From Phoronis australis (Eukaryota > Animalia > Phoronida): 64,000 nt of DNA. The stretch spans positions 488,970 through 552,969 of the forward strand of contig NMRA01000285.1 of assembly GCA_002633005.1 (NCBI GenBank). Direction: 5' to 3'. Each line of letters begins with the position of its first letter. The first letter of the stretch is position 1. Of the stretch, positions 1-27,200 are shown piece after piece. The translations under genes and the position numbers were made by a program. The notes beneath the pieces are model-generated. The model made no database searches. It was not told where the DNA came from and worked only from the letters and a program-made list of their open reading frames with translations.

Positions 1-318
1 CATAGAAACTGGAATCCCGGTGAAAAACAGTTATCTCAAAAAGGTCGGGTTTTATTTTTCGGGCTGGTTAGCTGTTTTGAGGGTGCGAAGTCAGCTTTCG
101 ACTCTGGGTTATGTGTTTTACACCGGGGTTCCAATTTCGATGGAACACCTTGACATGGGATCAACTGATCACGGGTACAATGTCAACTCTTGTACACGTT
201 GATAATAATACATAGTTATGCAATATCAATTGCTACCATGACGATCGAGGCACAAAGTAGAGCCTGCTAACCGGCGGTGATGCCACATAGGGAAATCAAA
301 TGACCGATAAACTTTGTC

Positions 319-13858
<13,540 letters not shown>

Positions 13859-14154
13859 TACTCGCTTGTGTACAAACATATCCTGCCAGATAGCAACGTA
13901 ATGCGAAACCGCATTGAAGATACCGATTGACTTAGAAAGATGGTACATGCCCGAAGACGTTTTGACTATGTTTTCCCCGGATTTCTCTTCTTTGTTCGAT
14001 TTTTAAATTTCGTGTGTGTTCATGTTATCGTAATAATGAAAAGCAGGGTGATGTCTACCGGCAAGTAGTAGCACAGGTCGTGGAGCACACTGAGTGCATG
14101 TGTAAACTGGGGTAGAGATTTATCTTACGCACAAAGATTAGCCTCTAGTGGTCN

Positions 14155-15165
14155 AAAAATTTTCTAGTGCATAGATTCAAACGTAACCCTGAATTAAAAC
14201 TCATGATATTATACGATTTTAGAGGAAAGAAGTATAAGAAACTTTAGTAACTTGAGAATCTCACCCAAGCGAGGCTATTTGCGTAGAAAGTGATATTTTC
14301 TTATCCCAAAGTCCATTCGGTACAGGCACGTAAAAATGTTGAACCATTACTATGAAAGTAGTTTTTTATCCTTGTCGGCAATATTGTTATGTAGGCAGCA
14401 ACGCGGCGATTTGATATAACACATATATTGGTTGATGATAATATTGGAATACTAACAAATAGGTCTGTGTTAGAGAGTCTTTTACTAACTGAGTGGAGAG
14501 TTCAGATGAATCGTATAAACAATCAACACATGGTTTTAATGTGTGGTCGGCACACCAGTACAGCAGACAATAGATCAACGCTAAGCTCCGCCCACGTGAC
14601 AGCCATATTTGTTTTGGTCGTCTGTCGTGCTTCACAAGTTCGAAAAAATGATTAAAATTACGCTGTAAACAAACAGGTATGTCACATTTTCTAATTATGA
14701 AGTAAATATCAGCTTTATTTCTAGTACTTCAACAAAAATTGGAACATAATGACCACGCATTCTGAACGAAATTTGATCTCAACTAAAATCGCGTGCCAGG
14801 GTTTTTTGATAAATGGACCAGATTTTTAGTTATTAGACGGAAAGTGACCAAATGACAAAACGTGGCGTGCTTGCCCCAACTCACACACAAAAATGCCACA
14901 AAATCAAAATCATAATGATTTTGTACATATATTTGGTATGGATAAGTAGAATATTGCGTAAGGAAACAGTTGATGATGATCCCTGTACATTTTGAAAAAA
15001 AATTCGAGGTAAAATTGGATTTTTTGAAAATTAAACAATACGATTTTTTGAAAAAACGAACTACAAAAAATTTGTCACTTTCAGAGTCATGTCTAACTAG
15101 TTAAAACTCCTTTTTTACTCATTTTAGTTAGGAATCTGGAGATTTGATCAGTGTATACACCTACC
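14155..15165. mobile_element. Probable end of a TTAA-targeting DNA transposon, between the duplicated blocks
   Basis: Ends gtgtatacacctacc|TTAA exactly where similarity to copy 1 (gatg|TTAA) begins; the other end is cut by the N join. Confidence 0.45.
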
Positions 15166-16129
15166 TTAAGACATTTTTCTTTTAGTTACAAATTTCAAAA
15201 AATCTGTCAACTGCTCTTCAGTTCCCACTAGGCAAAGCACGTCTCCTTATTTGAAAACATAGACCTGGCACATTTCTCTTATGTCACACTTCCAAAAGAC
15301 CTGAAACACAGTCAAACATTTAATGAATAGCCAAATGGTGCACAACTTCGCTTTCCTGGCACGTTTCGGAGTATACCCCTCATTCTCAAAGGTACAGAAA
15401 CCAACATGATGTAAAGGACAAGGTAACAAGTAAAAGGTGTGAGACATGATAGGTCAATAACACAAGTGTAAACAAGCCTATACTCTAGACAATAACCTCA
15501 AAACGACGCGACACCAAGCTGATAGAGGCTTGTTTACCCTTGAATGTGTTATTGACCTATTGTCTCACACTTGCATGATCTTTTACGTATTACCTTGACC
15601 TTTACATCGTGCAGGTTCCTGTACCTTTGAGAATGAGGGGTACCTCGAAACATATCAGGAAAGTGTGTACTATTTCGCTACTTATATCCGACATTTCATC
15701 TAAACAAAACAATGATATGCACTTGGGAAATGTTTACTAGGTAATTCTTTGAGCGCATGCTCGTATGCGGCCGAGAATTTGAAAGCAGTGTTGAAACAGA
15801 AGAGAGTTTATCTATCGCCTGTGTTTAAAAATTGTTAATCTGGCGATTTAAAAAAATCTTGCAATGTTCGTAATGAACAACTCTCACGTTAGCATCCCCA
15901 CTCGAAGAAGTGGATTCCCCATGATTTATTTAAAGGTATCTTTACGAATTTTTGCGTTCCAGACGTGTTTTTAGGCTGGGCATCTTGTCCAACCCTTGTC
16001 TGAACCTGTCTAGAGAATCGTAGACACGCGTCTCTTTAGTAGACTTTCAATGTTTGCAAGGCGATTGGTATAAGATACAGACAACCATTTTCTGTTTTGG
16101 GGCTTCAAGTTTTGTTTTTCTTGTTTTAG

Positions 16130-16279
16130 GACGTGATAACTGAACTTGAGAAGATGAGACATAACGTGTCCAACACCTACAGTCTGGGATCGTCGGTTGT
16201 GCAAGGCATTTTCGTGACAGACCAAGGCTTGCAGGCTTATTCAGACTTTAGAAAAGGCGGTCGACCAGACGGATATTGA
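16130..16279 (+). CDS. GGT: Second copy of GGT-A terminal exon (probably an uncollapsed allele)
   Basis: Near-identical to 13709-13858 (one aa change, R>K); intact acceptor and stop. Confidence 0.7.
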   Translation, partial: DVITELEKMRHNVSNTYSLGSSVVQGIFVTDQGLQAYSDFRKGGRPDGY

Positions 16280-17280
16280 TACTCGCTTTTGTACAAACAT
16301 CCTGCCAGATAACAACGTTATGCGAAACCGCATTGAAGATACAGATTGACTTAGGAAGATGGTACATACCCTAAGACGTTTTGACTATGTTTTCCCCGGA
16401 TTTCTCTTCTTTGTTCGATTTTTAAATTTCGTGCGTGTTCATGTTATCGTAATAATGAAAAGCAGGGTGATGTCTACCGGCAAGTAGTAGTACAGGTCGT
16501 GGAGCACACTGAGTGCATGTGTAAACTGGGGTAGAGATTTTATCTTACGCACAAAAATTAGCCTCTAGTGGTCTGTGTTTTGAAAACTGAATCAGTATTT
16601 TAGTTCATATTTTCAAGAGCAAAAGGTCATCTGATTCCAACTGAAACATAAAATAGAAAAGGGCTCTGTCAATCAGTGAGGTAAATTACTGTAACTAACT
16701 ATATATTTCATACGAACAATGTGGAAATGAACCAATTTCGAGACCCAGTGGAATTTCAGTAACTGAGTCAATGTACCTCGCGAGTTCGCGGACATCATCC
16801 AAATCCTTGGGGAATACCACCATGCATTACAATTACGGTCATGTGGGACTCTAGAGAGTGTGCAAATTGCCTTCCTTCGGGACACCATATCTCAGTGAAT
16901 GCTGATTGGATACTAGTGAGACTTTCAGATACTGTATTCCATGCGTGTTTCTCCAAGATCTTGTCATGAGTTTTTTTAACGTGTTCCATTTTAATGCCGG
17001 GGATATAAAAAGTGGGACATTTAGGGTTTTTAGGAAGTTTGCATAGCATTAAAAGATAAGTGCAATTTAGAAAAAATTGAAATTTGTGATGGCTACGCAC
17101 TTCTGTAATTTCTATCAGGAAGAGCCTGATGATTAAATATAAATACATAAAATGCTAGTATCCTCCATTTACATTGGGTTTGGCCTTACAACCGTGGTAC
17201 AATACCGTTATTCAAAATACTACGTCAAGACACATTCGACTTAGCGATAATTGCCATGGAACTGATTACAATAGTATATA

Positions 17281-17433
17281 CCGTAAAGTCGCGGGTTAAC
17301 ACCCTGAGCGCTTAAACTGGGAAACCCTGAGCAGGGGGTGGGCGATTACCCAAGCAATGGGCGCTTAAGCCGAAAATTGACAAAAAGATATGGGCTTATT
17401 ACAAGGCTTGGGCGTTAACCCGCGAGTTTACGG
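17281..17433. mobile_element. Tc1/mariner(pogo)-like MITE upstream of the channel ATG
   Basis: TA|ccgtaaagtcgcgggttaacaccc ... gggcgttaacccgcgagtttacgg. Confidence 0.7.
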
Positions 17434-18107
17434 AACTCTCTACAGAGTGTGTGAACTCATTGACAAGGCGTCAATAAATCGGCTGGTGAAGCATGTCTTT
17501 GACTTAACGTAATTTACCATTCCACATATGTTTCACATCAAAAGAGAAGGCGATATTTGCGACACGTTATGAATATGTTTCTGTTTGACTTTGACTTCAA
17601 TGTCAATTATGACGTATATTTCCGAGCGTATTTCCAGCTGGTGTCTGTTACATACTTTTACATCCCAGAGGCACTTTGTCTTTTTGATCTCTGTTAAACG
17701 TTGGCATGTAATATAAATATCTCAAACTCGTCGAAAAAAAACCCTTGACTTTCGTTAGTAACGGATGTTTAGGAGCCAATATGACAAATGACTGCAATGT
17801 TTACCTATTCCTGAACCTGGATGGCTAGAATTAATAGCTTGATTGCTATGTCGAAAAGTTTAATAGTGTTTTTGGATAAATAAAACTCCGTTTAGTTGAG
17901 CGTGCTGCATGTCTTGACGTGTCACACAAGATTAATGAAAATTTTACTTCACACAGAGCTTTCAAGGCTAAAATCTAATTACTTGGGCGTAACAAAAATA
18001 CAACACCCAAGATAATAATTAGTCAAGTATTGATGTTTTACCACCCTTTATAAATGTGCGCTTTTTAAAATATATTAGAAATACGTTTTGCCCAACTGAA
18101 GTGATAC

Positions 18108-18253
18108 ATGGAAGGAGAGATTGAAACAAAAGGGCGAACTCGTCAGGCCTCGGCTGTTCAAAGTTGGGCAAAGATTTGGTTTAAGTTCAGCCAAGCGACG
18201 ACGATTCACGGCATACGCTACATATTCGAGAAAAAGGCGTGGATAGTGAGAAG
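18108..18253 (+). CDS. Channel exon 1 (N-terminus, HG gating motif)
   Basis: MEGEIETK...FSQATTIHGIRYIFEKKAWIVR; in-frame TGA just upstream of the ATG. Confidence 0.88.
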
Positions 18254-21200
18254 GTAGTAACAACCGTTGATCTGTAAAACAGTTGTTGTTTTCTGTATCT
18301 GTCGCTTTTCCATTATTGAAAACGCGATCCTCGAAAAAGACGTACGAAGTTACGGAACCATTGGAGATTGTAAACAACTGTAAAAGGAAATGCACGCAAC
18401 AATATGGGAGTCAAGTGTCAAAAATGCTTTAGTTTTCGATTTGGTTCACCCGTGAGGGTGGTAACTATTGGCGTGTACCAAGAGACAGTTCTGGACCCAA
18501 CGCATCAGAAAACGGTTGGTACCTCAAATAATCGCTGTTTTTAATAAAAACATTCCATAGCTTTGGATTAGAATGAGTTTTTTTGAAACTTCCCAAACCA
18601 CATTTATGTCGTGTTACAATCGAAATTAGCCTCGTTAAGTTTTAAACAAAATTAATTACTTAAGTACATTTACACCACTTTGTATGCCCAAAGCAGTAAT
18701 GAGTCGCCGCTTAATGAGTCAGTAGAGCATTAAGCAATGGCATATACTTTTATTACGAGCACTTACGCGAATGTTTCTGGGGTTGGCTTTTTGTTGTAAT
18801 TGATAAATATTTGATTAGAGTTTGGCGGAAGAGAATGCGACTAGGAACATTGTTATGAGTTTCGTGTTGCCTAGGTTCGAAACGGAGAATATTAAGCTTA
18901 TGAAGCATCATAGCTACCAACTTGTTGCCCTCAAATTTCAAAAATTATGTGCACACCTACGGCGACGAGACGTTGAGCATCTAATCGCTCTCAACACGCG
19001 TTACATTTTAACTTCTTAAGCATGGGTTGAATCACTATATTCTAGGTGCGAAAGAATGCCTGAAACATTGACAACATAGGTATGTTGCTAATGACCAGTG
19101 GACAAATTTTCTTGTGGAAACAAAGCTTACCTAACGCAATAAGGAGATTCGTCAACTTCATTCTGTGAATTTCAAGGCATAGGGATTTCGTGCTATCCTT
19201 GGTACCGAATTCTTTTAAAAGGGGATAACAGCTAGCACAAGTTTTCCCAGTGTTTGTTTTATTGTAATATCCAGGGACACAGGCCATCTGCGTCGTATGC
19301 AAGTGCTCACAAAAATGACCAGGGGCATGTATACATTGCCTTATACGTGCGACATCGCAACAGGCCAGATTCACTCTACCTTATAGTACGAGTCGTAATT
19401 CGGCATGCCGGGGCATTCAAACTTGCAAGCAAAAAGGGCTGATTTACACTGTACACGCATAAAATTAAGGATATTTGACCTCGATGAAGCTTTTTGTATA
19501 AAAAACAAATTCCTGGTGTTAAACATTTCTCCACAGACGTGTTTACCGTACACAGGCACAAAAAATCTTGTAATTCATTCAGGGCCACACTATCTTGTTG
19601 TCCTCAAGTCTAGACAAATTTTTATCGAGTTCATGACAGTTATGTTGCCTTACATCAAAAGTTGGTTTTGACAGGGGCGTGAGTTCATTATTCTTTTAGC
19701 TGTTGGAAACAGCAAACCCCCTTAAAGAACATGATCTTGGGCTGTAAAAATTGTCTTGTGAGGGTTTTTGGACAAGAAGTCGGTAGCAACAGGATTTAAC
19801 ACTCAAAATGTGGTCGAATCCTCCAAACTGCACTCTTCCTCACATTAACAAGACGACATCTCGGCAAAATGTTAGAAATTCTTACAATTTACTTGATGAA
19901 ATGCCAGGTTTATACATAGGACGTGAAGACGTGTTAAACATTGCACAAGCAATCGCGACAGACAATAAATTTCTAAATAGTGTTCGAGTTAGCGTAAAGT
20001 GTTGACAATGCCAAACAATTAACATCGGATAGTCTTCTTTCCAAAGCGCAGTCCTTAACGGGCTGTCAGAAAATATTCGCAACTGACTCTTGACGTGCCA
20101 CTCTCTAGTTCACCCACACATCAGAAAAACCACACATTAACGAGATGTTGCGGACAGAGCTTGCCAATTATGCATACATGTACATCTCCCAGTTTCACCC
20201 AGCGTGTAAAACATGACGTAAGCGTTCATAGTTCAACTTTCATGCGACATATTTATAATTTCAAACCAGTAAATACTGCAGCTAACAAAAAATCTCAGAC
20301 ATACACATTCACCCAAAACCACAGTGCTTAGAGCAAGAACTATCGAAGCCTAGTGTCATTTTACAGTATTTTGCATGATGTTTTTCTACGCTCATAGACA
20401 CAAATTATGGCACCGTAACATAATAATGCTGGTTGCACCATTATACCAAATAATTGAAGAGCACATGATGGCGGCGAGTAGCGACATCTGAGATATAACT
20501 TCCAAACACGTGATGCATCTTTATTTGCTTGACAAGAGAGAGTTTTCGTCGCTTTCGACCAAAACAATTTGTTTTTAATGAAAGTAGAAATATATCTGTT
20601 GTGAGATACAGTGTCAATTTGTTGCTTGTTAAAGTACCATCTCTCCTAATACCTTGAAAACATCTACAATACAATTCTTTTTGTTTCTGTAAATTTACAA
20701 CATACCCCACGAGTTACAATAAATTTTAAGGAAGCACAAATCAATTTTATATGCATTGAAAAGGTCTTTGAGATATAAAACAAACTGGATGGTTACGGGT
20801 ACCAATAGTTCAATTTCAGAATTATCTTAAACGAATAATAATTTACATAGGTCTGTACAAAATTAATTTACATGTATGTGGGACTCGGTTGAATGCTTTT
20901 GAGAAGTCAACTAACGCAGGGTAAAAACTGGCATCCTTCTAGCTGACAGAAAATACTTAATCCATAGTCAGTGAAAGCAGGTCTCACAATGACTCGAGTA
21001 GAGCACCAGAACCAATTTTGGTTTTGGCCTAACACCTTCCACTTACGAATGACGACTTCGCTGGGGTTTTTTCATACTGGATTCTATACATGTACACAGT
21101 GTCAGTTTCCGTCATGACATTAAATTTGACCGTTTTATTTTTGGGGTCTTGTGGCTGATTATCAAGTCCTTGGTCTTTGCACATCAATGTAGATGTCACC

Positions 21201-24200
21201 TTATTATATGTTGCAAGATCAGTGTTGGTTATTGTTTGTATACGCTATAATTAACACCACTAGAATATTCTCATAGTGACTATAATCTGAATTCCTTTCA
21301 TTCTCATTCCCGAATCGCCTCAGTTGTTCATCTATCAACTGCGGCTATGCATGCTCCTCTTGTTCTCCTTTAGTCGCTCTCTGTTCCTTACTTTTTATGT
21401 TCCCTCTTCTTTAGTCTCGGCCAACAGGCGCCACGTTCACGAAACAATACTAACTTCCGTTGTAGACTTCTCTGGGCAGTCGCTGTTGGTGCGGGAGTGT
21501 CGATTTTTCTTTATCAAGTCTCCGGCTGTCTTCAAAACTACCACGCCTGGCCGATGAGCGTGGACATTACGATCAACTACAATGATACCATCAAGTTTCC
21601 GGCTGTAACAATCTGCAACCAGAATGCCTTCAAGTAAGACAACTTTTTATATGTATCGCCATCCTATTCAACATCGTAACAAGCAATTCTACCCTTAAAT
21701 TACCAATTTTCTGCAGTATATCAACTTCTTAATTAGAAAGTAACACCAGAGTGATAAACGGTTTGTCTATTATGAGCGACTTCATTAACACTCACGATGT
21801 TAAATGCTAATGAAGAAAGGGGTATATTTTCTTCTCTGAATAGTCCGAGAATAGAGCGCTGTTCCCACGATGTGACTGTACAGTCATTGGGCGGCGCACC
21901 ATAGGGGGCTGGGGGGCTATAGTCCCCACTTTTTTCAGTGATGTGCCGCCCATGTAAGCTATATGCATTCGTATGCAGCCAGCAATATTGTTTCACCAAC
22001 GACACCTAGTGAGTGTAGTGTTCTTCAACCTCAATCATCTTTATAATACAAACAAAAGAAAGTAATTTTATTTTTGCTAGACTCACCAAGGTCCATGAAC
22101 TGGGTTGGCATCAGATGATCCAGGACTTGTTCGACAGTTCACGCGTGTTTTCTAATGTTGAAAAATACAAGGACCGCAACTTGACAACAGAGGAATTGTG
22201 GACTTGGGCAGCTCATGACAAGAGAGACTTGATAGTTGAGTGAGTTTTCGCGGGTGCCATTTCTCAACGCTTACCGAACCATTGGTTTTGCTTTAGGTAC
22301 AAAGTTATGACAATTGGCACTCACGTAAGTGACGTTCTCCGGCCCCCTCCCGACGACCCCTCACAAAGTCTCTTTGACTAATTCATCACGCGTATATTTC
22401 TTGGAGGGCTTGGTCCTACCTGTAATCCGCCTACGAATCACAAACCACGACCTTGAGTAAGCCACGGAGACGTTTTCAATGTATAGAGTGGTTTTCTTCA
22501 TTTCTGAACAGCCAACTAATCTCAATCTACTGTCGGAATATTAATTTCGAACTAATCGGGATGGCTTAATGTTACTTCATTATGTTATTGAGATGCCATG
22601 TTGCGACGTCGTTTCACAGCTATTTCTCAGTAGCACTGGGATTGATTGTAAAATCATTGTTTGCTAGCAGCTTCAATAATAAATGTTCTTTGTTGGACTT
22701 CAGGTGTAAATGGCGCGGCGAAGATTGCAGTGCGGACGACTTTGATTATATCATGACTGATCATGGAGTTTGCTTCTCCTTTAACTATAAGAACATCAGA
22801 AGTGGAAATGACGAGATAGTATCAGCAGGTTTGGACAGTCTTTATAACAGGAATTTCTGAGAAAACTCAAACCTCCTTGACTTAACAGATATCCGATAGG
22901 AGTATGTACATGTGACTTGAAGAGGGCTCATAGCGGTGCCGAAATCGCCTAACCTCTCGCGTTTGAAGATCCGAATCGTTGATAATTTCCAAGGGAAGTG
23001 GACAATTATCCCTAGTTTTTGTTATTTTAAAGTTTTCGAAATTATAAAATACTGTAATATAACAAAACGACATATCAGGCTCTCAAAGTTGGTGAACTCG
23101 AGTTCGAGTAAAATAACATGCATAAAAACCGGCTTTTACGTTATGCATCGCACGTATCCTTAAAATAATAGCGGATCAGGTTTTTTCTCAATTCGAGAAA
23201 TATTGCAAGCCAAATGCTTATGACCTCAGTTTCAAATCGCTAAGCTAGAACTATTTGTTCGCTCATCGCCTTCCGACAATTGAACATCAATACTTGCTAC
23301 CTGCTAGCGATGTTTGTCATCGCGAAACCTAGGCAAGAGGGAAACCCCCGGCTCTGAAACCGAGTGAGTGAGTTAGTAAATAAATAAAACGAATCGTGAA
23401 GTACTATTTTAAAGACTGTGGACATTGCGGGAGAAACTGGATTCGAAAATGGACAGCGAACGCGCGGCAAGAAAATTTAAAACAAACAGCTACGAACCCT
23501 ATCGGTGTTCGAGGTCAATAACATTTCAGCTTCCGCCTTCTTTAGCTTGGCCTTACTCTCTCCTTTTCCAGGGCCCTTGTACTTAATCTATTCTCCACCC
23601 AGATTCAGTTGCACTAACATAATTGCTATATCCATGTAAAACATACGGTTATCAGTCGAGTCCAAAAGAATTAGGCTAACTGTGGTTACTATTAGGGAGG
23701 TTCACCACTCCAAAGGTTCATTACTCCGAAATTTCAATATTGTGAAAGTTTACACTTGTTGAACAGATTAGTGTTAATTTTCCCGGCATGATGGCCTGGC
23801 CGACATCGTCAATACCCGTTGTCAAAGCAATTGCATTTTTAATGAAACGAGAAATGATACGAGTACAATGAAAGACTACATGTACATGTACATCATTCCA
23901 CAAGCGACATTGGAAACAAATGACGAGATAAATGAAAAAAAGTTGTTACCGTAGCCATTGATGAATTTCAAACAGGAACAAAGCCTGGGGCACGGGGATA
24001 TTTTGTATCAGGGTTGTGCTCAACCGTCGGCTTTAAATTTGAGGCGACTGCAGTGTATTTTGGGAAAGCTAAAAAATAGACACGCTTATTCAAAATAATC
24101 AAAACTTGGTGAAAACTCTAAAATCTTCCATCCTTTCTATTCATAACCAACTTAAAATTGTACACAAGAAAAGTTTCGTGAATTTCTTCTGTTTGCTAAC

Positions 24201-27200
24201 ATGGCAAATGTATAAAAACGAGCTGTTGTAACCAACCAGTGCTTGTCATCAGAGCTAATTGGGATGGGCCAGGAATCAACAGTCGCTTAATTTTATCTGC
24301 AAATAGTTCCTCCGCGGCTGAATACGTTAAATAAAGTCGGAAAAAATGAGTGGCAATGAATGGCTTTACAAGATGTTAGGGGCAAATGCAACGCAAGTCG
24401 CCGCAATGACTACTATTCTGTTTGCTTTAAATTGTCGTGAATACAGTATCTCGTCTGTTTGCTTTAAAGTGTCGTAAATACAGTATCTCGTTGCCAGTTA
24501 CTTGCAAATACAGCTACAGTATGGGAACGAACGTCACAGTGATTCCTGTTAAGTTAGTTTCCGTTTCACGTTTGCTGCCGGCCTGGTCACAGGGGTACGC
24601 TACGCCCATACAAGAAACCCGCGAGATACTTGCGCAGAGAAATCATGGCTCATTGAACGGACATAACGATTTTGTTTACAGTTTACTCCCACAATTCCAG
24701 GCTCCGTTCATTTCCGTGGTGATTAAATTTGACTGTGTACTCCTAGTAAAGTAGTCCTGATCTTGGTTTTACATAACCTAGAGAGGCTGTTTTTGCAAGA
24801 ACGGAGAATTAGTTATGACTACACGTTGATTTTGTTTGGATGCACATTGTTTTATATTGCCATCAGTTTGCATCCAAAGCACATTCCAGTGGTGGTTAGT
24901 TTTGATTTTGTACGTCACTAAGGTTGTCCTGGGCTTGGTTTTTTATGATCTGGAGCGATTTGGCTTTTGTCTAAAGAACTGAGACCTGATTACGGTTCCA
25001 GGTTCGCTTGCGCACCACTTTCGTGCCTATTAACAGTTTCTATATGTAAAGGTATTTTTGCACCTGACTTAGGAGCCAAATACGGACTTCGCCTCAAGCT
25101 AAACAGCGAACATTATGAATACATGGCAGGGCCGCAAACCACTTCCGGTGTGAAGCTTCTTGTCCACGATCAAGAAGAAATTCCAATGGTTCAAGACTTT
25201 GGTATTGCAGTTTCACCTGGCAAGCACGCGTTTACGGCCATCAAACTGGTTCAGGTATGTCAACTATATTTAAACTGCGTTTTGCTCGTGTAGATTTCAC
25301 GGAAAATTTGACGTTTTCTGTGTTGATAGACGTTGCTTCTAACATTACAGAGTATAAGTTTAAGTTCAAGCTGACTGCTTTTCATTTTATAATAGTAGAT
25401 TTGGGGTGGGACTTTCTGGGCGAAGTTTCAGTCATTGTTTTAGCAGTGTTATTTTAATAACATTAAATCATGGCTGAGGTCAGTGACTGCTGTAGCTTAT
25501 TGTCGCATTTGTAGCTATCGTTGTTCTAGTTGCAGCATTGCTGTCATACATACATCTGTCTCATTTTTCCGATGGCTGGTCTTTGGAAGATCGACTGTGT
25601 ATGTCAATATCTATGAGATTGTGTATTTAAAGAAATATCTGTACTGACAACTACGTGTATGAGTTTTAAGTCAGTAAAATTAGATGTTCTTTAAAGTAGA
25701 AAACCTGCTATTAAGACTGTGTACACTTCCATATTTTTCTCCTGACCTTTTCCAAATCTTCTCATACGGATCATTCGCTAGTTGATTTAAGCTCGAGAGT
25801 ACCGACTATTGATACATTTTTAATATCAGATTAAGAGAAATATCATTTAAAGTTAACACAAAACAACATGGCTCACATTCTCAAAAGTCAGTGTTTACGA
25901 ATGTAATCTATCCGTGCTTGAGAAATCTTAGAAACAGATGATAAATGATTAAATCCTTAGGTGTCAACAGGACGATTTAGTTATGCGAAAGAGCTGGAAA
26001 CCCCGGGCTTCTACAATTAGTTTCAATATACGACCCACTGCAATTCATTATCATGGAAGATATATTTTTGATTTCTTCAAAGATGACGAATATTGGGCCC
26101 CCTCACGGCAAGTGTAAGAAAAACCAAAACCTGAAATACTACGAGCAGTATTCTATCTCCGCCTGCTTAATCAACAGAGAGATGGAAGACATGATTAATA
26201 ATACACAAGGGTGCCGCTATGCGTACATGGGTGACGGAAAAGAGAAAGGTAGGCAATTTATATCCCATAACACGTCGTAATTTAATTACACATCTATTTC
26301 ACTGTTCTGCGTTTGCCTGTTGTCTCTAAGGGGGCATTCAAAACAACACAGCCGACTTGTGGTCTGTCATTTCCTTTTGATTTAAAATCGCGCGTTCATT
26401 ATAAAAGTTTTGAATCATTAGAAGCATAGTGCAAATTGGTATTAGTACTTTCGTGGTGGTAATTTAGATGTTGTAGCATGCAACGGCCTCAGAAGCTACA
26501 GTGTGTATGTCATTCATTTAGCAGTCTTGTAAGTACAGAAAAGCAAATAACGATAGTCAACGTCATTCACACGACTGTCTTAAACATGGTTACTTGAAGA
26601 TGTATACACCAGTGACCTAAAGTCGTGAATATAAGCATAAAAAGTGCCGATTGTCATACTACCCAATGTCCGTTAGCAACTGCTCATGTGATGTCATGGA
26701 CATATATCAGCCTTCACAAATATACCTGTTTTGACAATCTTAATCCTTGTTTGTCTCCGTAAGCAGAGTTTTGAAACGGTCGCTGATATCGGCGGCCATT
26801 TTGAATGAGACCCTAAAGTCGTGACCGTTTCGGTTAGACGGAAATACACGAAGTAAGACCTCACAAGTCAACTACAGTGCGTACAGTTACTCTAGATGAC
26901 ATAAAAATGCATTGCATTGTTTATTAATTCATTTGCAATTGAAATAAATTTTTATATGTTGTGCACTCAACTTTGATGTGCACAGACGTTTTCAATGAGG
27001 TTGTTCAAGTAAAACGCTAAGGACCCAGCATCAGTTATCTCTCTGTATTTTATTGCTTTGGCCTTACGAAACTTTATCGACCCTGGGACATTTTGATACA
27101 TTGTTCAAGCTAGCCCTGGAGCTCGTGTTTGAGTAAATCTGAACAATGAATATTTTCGAAAAATATCCCAAAAATGCTAAAAAAGTGGATTAGTGAAATA

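Noticed and set aside
24418-24492. 37-bp tandem duplication (and a 17-bp duplication at ~27370-27400)
   Set aside because: Ordinary slippage duplications in introns
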